From Candidatus Parcubacteria bacterium (GTDB lineage Bacteria; Patescibacteriota; Minisyncoccia; Phycocordibacterales; UBA918), in assembly GCA_046050355.1 (NCBI GenBank), contig JBJOPW010000002.1:32001-96000 (forward strand): a stretch of DNA of 64,000 nucleotides. The letters are read 5' to 3'. Position numbers and translations under genes: made by a program. Shown here one piece after another: positions 59,521 through 64,000 of the stretch (its first letter is position 1; every line of letters begins with the position of its first letter). The notes beneath the pieces are model-generated. The model did no database searches. It was given only the letters and a program-made list of their open reading frames with translations, and was not told the origin of the DNA.

Positions 59521-60960
59521 ATGGCAGACAAAAAAGCCCGATATATTACCACCACCTTACCGTATGTGAACGCGGACCCACACATCGGTTTTGCGTATGA
59601 AATTGTAAATGCCGATGCACTCGCTCGGTACTGGCGCCTGATGGGGGACGAGGTATTTTTTAATACTGGTACCGATGAGCACGGGCAGAAGATTGCCCAG
59701 AAGGCTGACGAAAAAGGCGAGAGTCGCCAGGCCTATGTCGATCACTACGCGGGCGAGTTCAAGCGTCTTGGTGATGCCCTCAATCTCTCTTTTGATGCCT
59801 TCATCCGTACCACTGATGCTGGTCATGTGGCTGCAGCGCAAGAAATCTGGCGCCGCTGTGTCGCACAAGGCGATATCTACAAAAAGTCTTATAGTGGTCA
59901 CTACTGTGTTGGGTGTGAGCTGTTTTATAAGCCCGAAGAGCTCCTCCCAGGTAATGTCTGTCCGATTCACATCACCCCGTGTCAGGTGATTGAGGAAGAG
60001 AACTATTTCTTCAAACTTTCAAACTATCAAGCGTACCTCGAGGAGTACCTTAGTCGCGAAGGAGTCATCGAGCCTGAGTGGCGTCGCCAAGAAGCGATTA
60101 ACTTTGTAAAAGCTGGACTCGAAGACTTTAGTATCTCGCGTGAGAAAGCACGCCTTGATTGGGGTATCCCCGTGCCGGGTGATGAGAACCAAGTGATGTA
60201 CGTCTGGTTTGATGCCCTCACAAACTATATCTCGACTCTCGGCTGGCCCGATGAGTCTGGTGCCTTTGGTAAGTTCTGGCGCGACGGGGAGGTGATGCAA
60301 GTGGCCGGCAAAGACCAGGTGCGCTTCCAATCAATTATGTGGCAGGCAATGCTGAAGAGTGCGGGAGTGAAGGCAACCGATAAGGTGGTCTACCACGGCT
60401 TTATCAATAGTGGGGGACAGAAGATGAGTAAGTCCTTGGGGAACGTCATTTCACCATACGAACTGATTGCAAAATATGGTACCGACGCAACGCGGTACCT
60501 CCTCCTTCGCCACGTCCATCCCTTTGATGACAGTGATGTCACCTGGGAGAAACTCGATGAGTGGTATACCGCCAACCTCGTAAATGGCCTTGGTAACCTG
60601 GTCGCCCGCGTGATGAAGATGGCGGAGACGCATCTTGATACTCCAGTTGAACGACCAGAAGCAATCGACTTTGCATCAGAGTACACCGACGCATTTGCTG
60701 CATATAACCTCCAGCAGGTTTGTGACTATGTTTGGTCACGAGTGGGCGCACTTGATGAGCGTATCGCTACCGAAGAACCGTTTAAACTCGTAAAGGTAGA
60801 TAAAGAAAAAGCCCAAGCTATCATCCGCGAATTGGTGCTTGAGGTCTACAGCATTGGTCGTTTCCTTAATCCACTCATGCCAGAAACCAACCGTATTATC
60901 AAAGAGACCGTTCTCGCGAACCAGAAGCCAGAAAATCTTTTTACTCGTCTCGAATCCTAG
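59521..60960 (+). CDS. metG: Methionyl-tRNA synthetase (short form)
   Basis: YITTTLPYVN..HIG, GTDEHGQK, YVWFDAL, KMSKS. Confidence 0.96.
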   Translation: MADKKARYITTTLPYVNADPHIGFAYEIVNADALARYWRLMGDEVFFNTGTDEHGQKIAQKADEKGESRQAYVDHYAGEFKRLGDALNLSFDAFIRTTDAGHVAAAQEIWRRCVAQGDIYKKSYSGHYCVGCELFYKPEELLPGNVCPIHITPCQVIEEENYFFKLSNYQAYLEEYLSREGVIEPEWRRQEAINFVKAGLEDFSISREKARLDWGIPVPGDENQVMYVWFDALTNYISTLGWPDESGAFGKFWRDGEVMQVAGKDQVRFQSIMWQAMLKSAGVKATDKVVYHGFINSGGQKMSKSLGNVISPYELIAKYGTDATRYLLLRHVHPFDDSDVTWEKLDEWYTANLVNGLGNLVARVMKMAETHLDTPVERPEAIDFASEYTDAFAAYNLQQVCDYVWSRVGALDERIATEEPFKLVKVDKEKAQAIIRELVLEVYSIGRFLNPLMPETNRIIKETVLANQKPENLFTRLES

Positions 60961-60963
60961 TCT

Positions 60964-61605
60964 ATGAAAATCTTTGTTTTTGGAGACAGTATTACCGAGG
61001 GTTACTTTGATACTGACAGTGGCGGTTGGTGCAATCGTCTTATTCAGTATGTAATGAAAAAGGAGTTAGAGACAGATTTTTCATACAATCGGCAAGTTTT
61101 CAATCTTGGTGTGGCGGGGAATACGAGCACTGATATCGTGGCAAGAATGGAGTCAGAGATTGAATCGAGATGTAAAAAGACTTCAAGTGAAGAAAAGGTT
61201 CTCATGATTGCTGTTGGCGTAAACGATAGCCAATACAATGTTGATACCAAAGAGACTAAAGTTCACATAAACCAGTTCGAGAATAATGTTCTCGAAATGA
61301 TTAAAATTGGAAAAGAGCATCAAGCCAAGATTGTTGTGATTGGTCTATTACCTGTAGTTGAAAGATTAGTTCAACCAATGCCTTGGAAGCCGACACATGC
61401 TTACAGCAATCAAATGATCGATGTATACGATGATAAGCTAAAGGTAATTGGCGAAAACAACAGTTGCTCATTTATAAGTTTACAAAACATTTTTACAGAT
61501 GACGTTGAGTCGTATTTTGTAGATGGGGTACATCCAAATGAAAAGGGACACGCACTTTTGGCAGAAAAAATTCACGAGGCATTAAAAATAGAATCAATTT
61601 TGTAA
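60964..61605 (+). CDS. SGNH/GDSL hydrolase
   Basis: FGDSITEG, GVND, DGVHPN. Confidence 0.92.
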   Translation: MKIFVFGDSITEGYFDTDSGGWCNRLIQYVMKKELETDFSYNRQVFNLGVAGNTSTDIVARMESEIESRCKKTSSEEKVLMIAVGVNDSQYNVDTKETKVHINQFENNVLEMIKIGKEHQAKIVVIGLLPVVERLVQPMPWKPTHAYSNQMIDVYDDKLKVIGENNSCSFISLQNIFTDDVESYFVDGVHPNEKGHALLAEKIHEALKIESIL

Positions 61606-61606
61606 T

Positions 61607-61855
61607 ATGACTACAACTGAAACAATTGAAGAACGAAATCGTCGAGTAGAACTTGATAAAGCCTGGGAGACCAGCAAGACACGTCGCTTCTGTATTGCCA
61701 CTGTTACATATATGATCGCAACATTATTCATGTGGCGAATCGGTGTACCAGATCCGTTCATCAATGCACTCGTGCCAACTGGTGGTTACCTACTCTCCAC
61801 ACTCTCATTACCTTTTATTAAAGCGTGGTGGGTTCAGCGATATGGAAACAAATAA
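61607..61855 (+). CDS. Small membrane protein
   Basis: RNRRVELDKAWETS + 2 TM. Confidence 0.75.
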   Translation: MTTTETIEERNRRVELDKAWETSKTRRFCIATVTYMIATLFMWRIGVPDPFINALVPTGGYLLSTLSLPFIKAWWVQRYGNK

Positions 61856-62438
61856 ACCACAAGTCGTATTCATACACGGTGGGGATGCTATCCGTGATCC
61901 GGAAAAGCTCTACCGATTACTGAAGAACCGGTCATTTAATCCGTACGAACAAAAGAAAAAATGGCGAGACGAACTCATAGAGCATATTGAAAGTGATTTT
62001 GAGTGCCATACACTCTCGATGCCAAATGCGTTTTGGGCAGACTACGAAGCGTGGAAGATTTGGTTTGAAAAAATGCTACCATACATGCGTGATGGCATTA
62101 TCCTGGTCGGACACTCGCTTGGTGGGGGATTTCTCTTGCGATACCTCGGCGAAAATACCTTGCCAGTCCGAGTAGCGCAGGTACACCTCCTGGCACCAGT
62201 GGTACTTGAGCTCGAAGACTGCGAAGGCTTTTTGATTGATGTCGACACCTGGTCAGGTTTCAAAACTGCCATAGACGCCGTACATGTCTGGCACTCAATG
62301 GACGATAACCTCGTGCCAATTGCCCATAGTGAGAAGTTGATAGAACTCTACCCGGCAGCTCATTTTCATCCTTTCACCAACTACGGACATTTTCTCATGG
62401 AGTCATTTCCAGAATTGGAAACCGTTATCACAACATAA
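61842..62438 (+). CDS. Alpha/beta hydrolase (YdeN/RBBP9-like)
   Basis: FIHGG, GHSLGG, HSMDD, GHF. Confidence 0.88.
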   Translation: METNKPQVVFIHGGDAIRDPEKLYRLLKNRSFNPYEQKKKWRDELIEHIESDFECHTLSMPNAFWADYEAWKIWFEKMLPYMRDGIILVGHSLGGGFLLRYLGENTLPVRVAQVHLLAPVVLELEDCEGFLIDVDTWSGFKTAIDAVHVWHSMDDNLVPIAHSEKLIELYPAAHFHPFTNYGHFLMESFPELETVITT

Positions 62439-62439
62439 T

Positions 62440-62973
62440 ATGCGACACTTAATTGTATTACCGGGGAATAGTCAAAAAAATAAAGCCTGGGGCGAATTGA
62501 TGCTCGAGCACTACGCTCCAGAGTTTGATTCATCGTTCATGCTTGAGTACGATCATTGGGAGAGTGAGAAGACCACTATAGATTTTGCCCGAGAAGAAGA
62601 TAAGCTCCGTACTCACGTAGCGACACTGCCGTCAAATACTGATGTTGTACTCTTTGCGAAGTCAGCGGGATCACTTTTGGCTTTCCTGGCTATCCACCAT
62701 GGAGCTATTACACCAAACTACTGTGTCCTCTTTGGGATTCCATTTGACCTAGCGGCAGATAATCTTTTCAAAGATCATTGGTCACCGGTTGATAGTTTTG
62801 GAGTCAAAGCGATCGCGTTTCATAATCTGGCCGACCCGACCACCAGCTACGAGTTCACCAAGTCGATACTTGGTACACACGCTCCACAGATCACACTTAT
62901 TACCACTAATGAAACGGACCATTGGTATGGAGATATTGCTACATATAGTCCATCTATAGCTGCACTCTTGTAA
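62440..62973 (+). CDS. Alpha/beta hydrolase-fold protein
   Basis: AKSAG nucleophile elbow, D and H triad candidates. Confidence 0.7.
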   Translation: MRHLIVLPGNSQKNKAWGELMLEHYAPEFDSSFMLEYDHWESEKTTIDFAREEDKLRTHVATLPSNTDVVLFAKSAGSLLAFLAIHHGAITPNYCVLFGIPFDLAADNLFKDHWSPVDSFGVKAIAFHNLADPTTSYEFTKSILGTHAPQITLITTNETDHWYGDIATYSPSIAALL

Positions 62974-62981
62974 ACAATTCT

Positions 62982-63827
62982 ATGAAATACATTGACACCC
63001 ATGCCCATCTCAATCTCGCGGCCTTCCACGATGATGTGGATGCCGTGGTGGCACGCTGTGTCGCTGAGGAAGTCGGTGTTATCAATATTGGTACGAAGCT
63101 CACGACAAGCCTACGGGCAGTAGAGCTTGCAGCACGCTATGACAATATGTATGCGATAGTCGGGCTCCACCCGATTCAGACGGTGCCCGGCACTCATGAT
63201 GAGGATGAGATAGGGGAAGGTGGGCAACCGTTTATTAGTCGAGGTGAGACATTTGATGTGGCTGCTTTTCGTGTGCTCGCACAGTCACCAAAGGTAGTCG
63301 GGATAGGTGAGTGCGGTTTTGACTACTGGCACTGCCCAAAGGAGACATACGAAATCCAGGAGACGGCTTTTCTCGAACAGATCAAACTCGCTAACGAACT
63401 AGAGTTACCGCTCATGATCCACACCCGCGGGCCAAAGCCAGGGGAGGAGAGTCCAACAGGCCGGAGTGTCTACGAGGATGTCTACGAGATATTGAAGAAC
63501 CATGCCAAGGTGCCGTTTAATGTGCATTTCTATGCTGGTACTGTTGAAGAAGCTAAGGCGTTTATCGATATTGGCGGCACCGTCTCATTCACTGGTGTGA
63601 TTACCTTCGCAAAAGCCTACGAAGAGATTATTAAAGCGCTCCCGTTCGATAAGATTCATGCTGAGACGGATTGTCCGTATGTGGCACCGATACCGTATCG
63701 CGGACAACGCTGCGAACCATGGATGGTCAAGGAGGTATATAAGAAGATTGCGGCAATCAGAAGTGAAGACGAGGAGGTGGTATACGGCACACTGCTCGAG
63801 AATGCCAAACGCTGGTATAAGATCTAA
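62982..63827 (+). CDS. tatD: TatD-family DNase
   Basis: IDTHAHL, GLHP, IGECGFD, ETDCPY. Confidence 0.94.
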   Translation: MKYIDTHAHLNLAAFHDDVDAVVARCVAEEVGVINIGTKLTTSLRAVELAARYDNMYAIVGLHPIQTVPGTHDEDEIGEGGQPFISRGETFDVAAFRVLAQSPKVVGIGECGFDYWHCPKETYEIQETAFLEQIKLANELELPLMIHTRGPKPGEESPTGRSVYEDVYEILKNHAKVPFNVHFYAGTVEEAKAFIDIGGTVSFTGVITFAKAYEEIIKALPFDKIHAETDCPYVAPIPYRGQRCEPWMVKEVYKKIAAIRSEDEEVVYGTLLENAKRWYKI

Positions 63828-63915
63828 AACTGCCAAACTGGCCGGGAGTTGATTTCACATAGTTTTGCTTTTTGTTTCTAGTATACTTTGAGGAGGTATT
63901 ACATAATCATTAACT

Positions 63916-64000
63916 ATGGAACTATTAATTGTGTTGGTGGTTGGATATGTCTTTATTTTTCCAATCTACCTGTTGGTACGTCTCAATCAACTTAGTCGTG
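63916..64000 (+). CDS. Start of a membrane protein (truncated by window)
   Basis: MELLIVLVVGYVFIFPIYLLVRL. Confidence 0.5.
   Translation, partial: MELLIVLVVGYVFIFPIYLLVRLNQLSR

Overview
The window is a chromosomal segment from what looks like a Patescibacteria/CPR (Parcubacteria-like) genome. The lineage is inferred from gene content: pilMNO, rplK without rplA, an IleRS carrying a histidine-phosphatase insert, and DUF2914/YibE-F/SIMPL proteins. Most of it is housekeeping: murE, ruvA, rpsT, pilMNO, uppS, rplS, nrdAB, secE-nusG, rnpB, rplK, folA-dcd-thyA-tmk-glyA, argS, ileS, recO, glyS, metG, tatD and six tRNAs. The outstanding feature is a ~5.8 kb island (about 5030-10910) downstream of tRNA-Ser. 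It holds a lone RAMP/Cas7-like gene (5932-6555), a 12-unit non-coding array (6561-7679), an Fe-S DinG/XPD helicase (7722-9545), a second 9-unit array (9552-10312) and a small ORF. The arrays are not CRISPR. Each unit is a tract of about 7-13 pentamers with a conserved [C/G][T/C] dinucleotide every 5 nt and 3 variable nt, closed by GG plus a hairpin that is conserved in structure but not in sequence. A type III hammerhead ribozyme (7545-7595) is embedded in array 1. This looks like a non-CRISPR RNA-guided system with a periodic guide code coupled to a helicase. Other observations: a family of palindromic elements behind every tRNA, a second island at tRNA-Val, tRNA-Arg(GCG), and an ATP-cone fused to NrdB.
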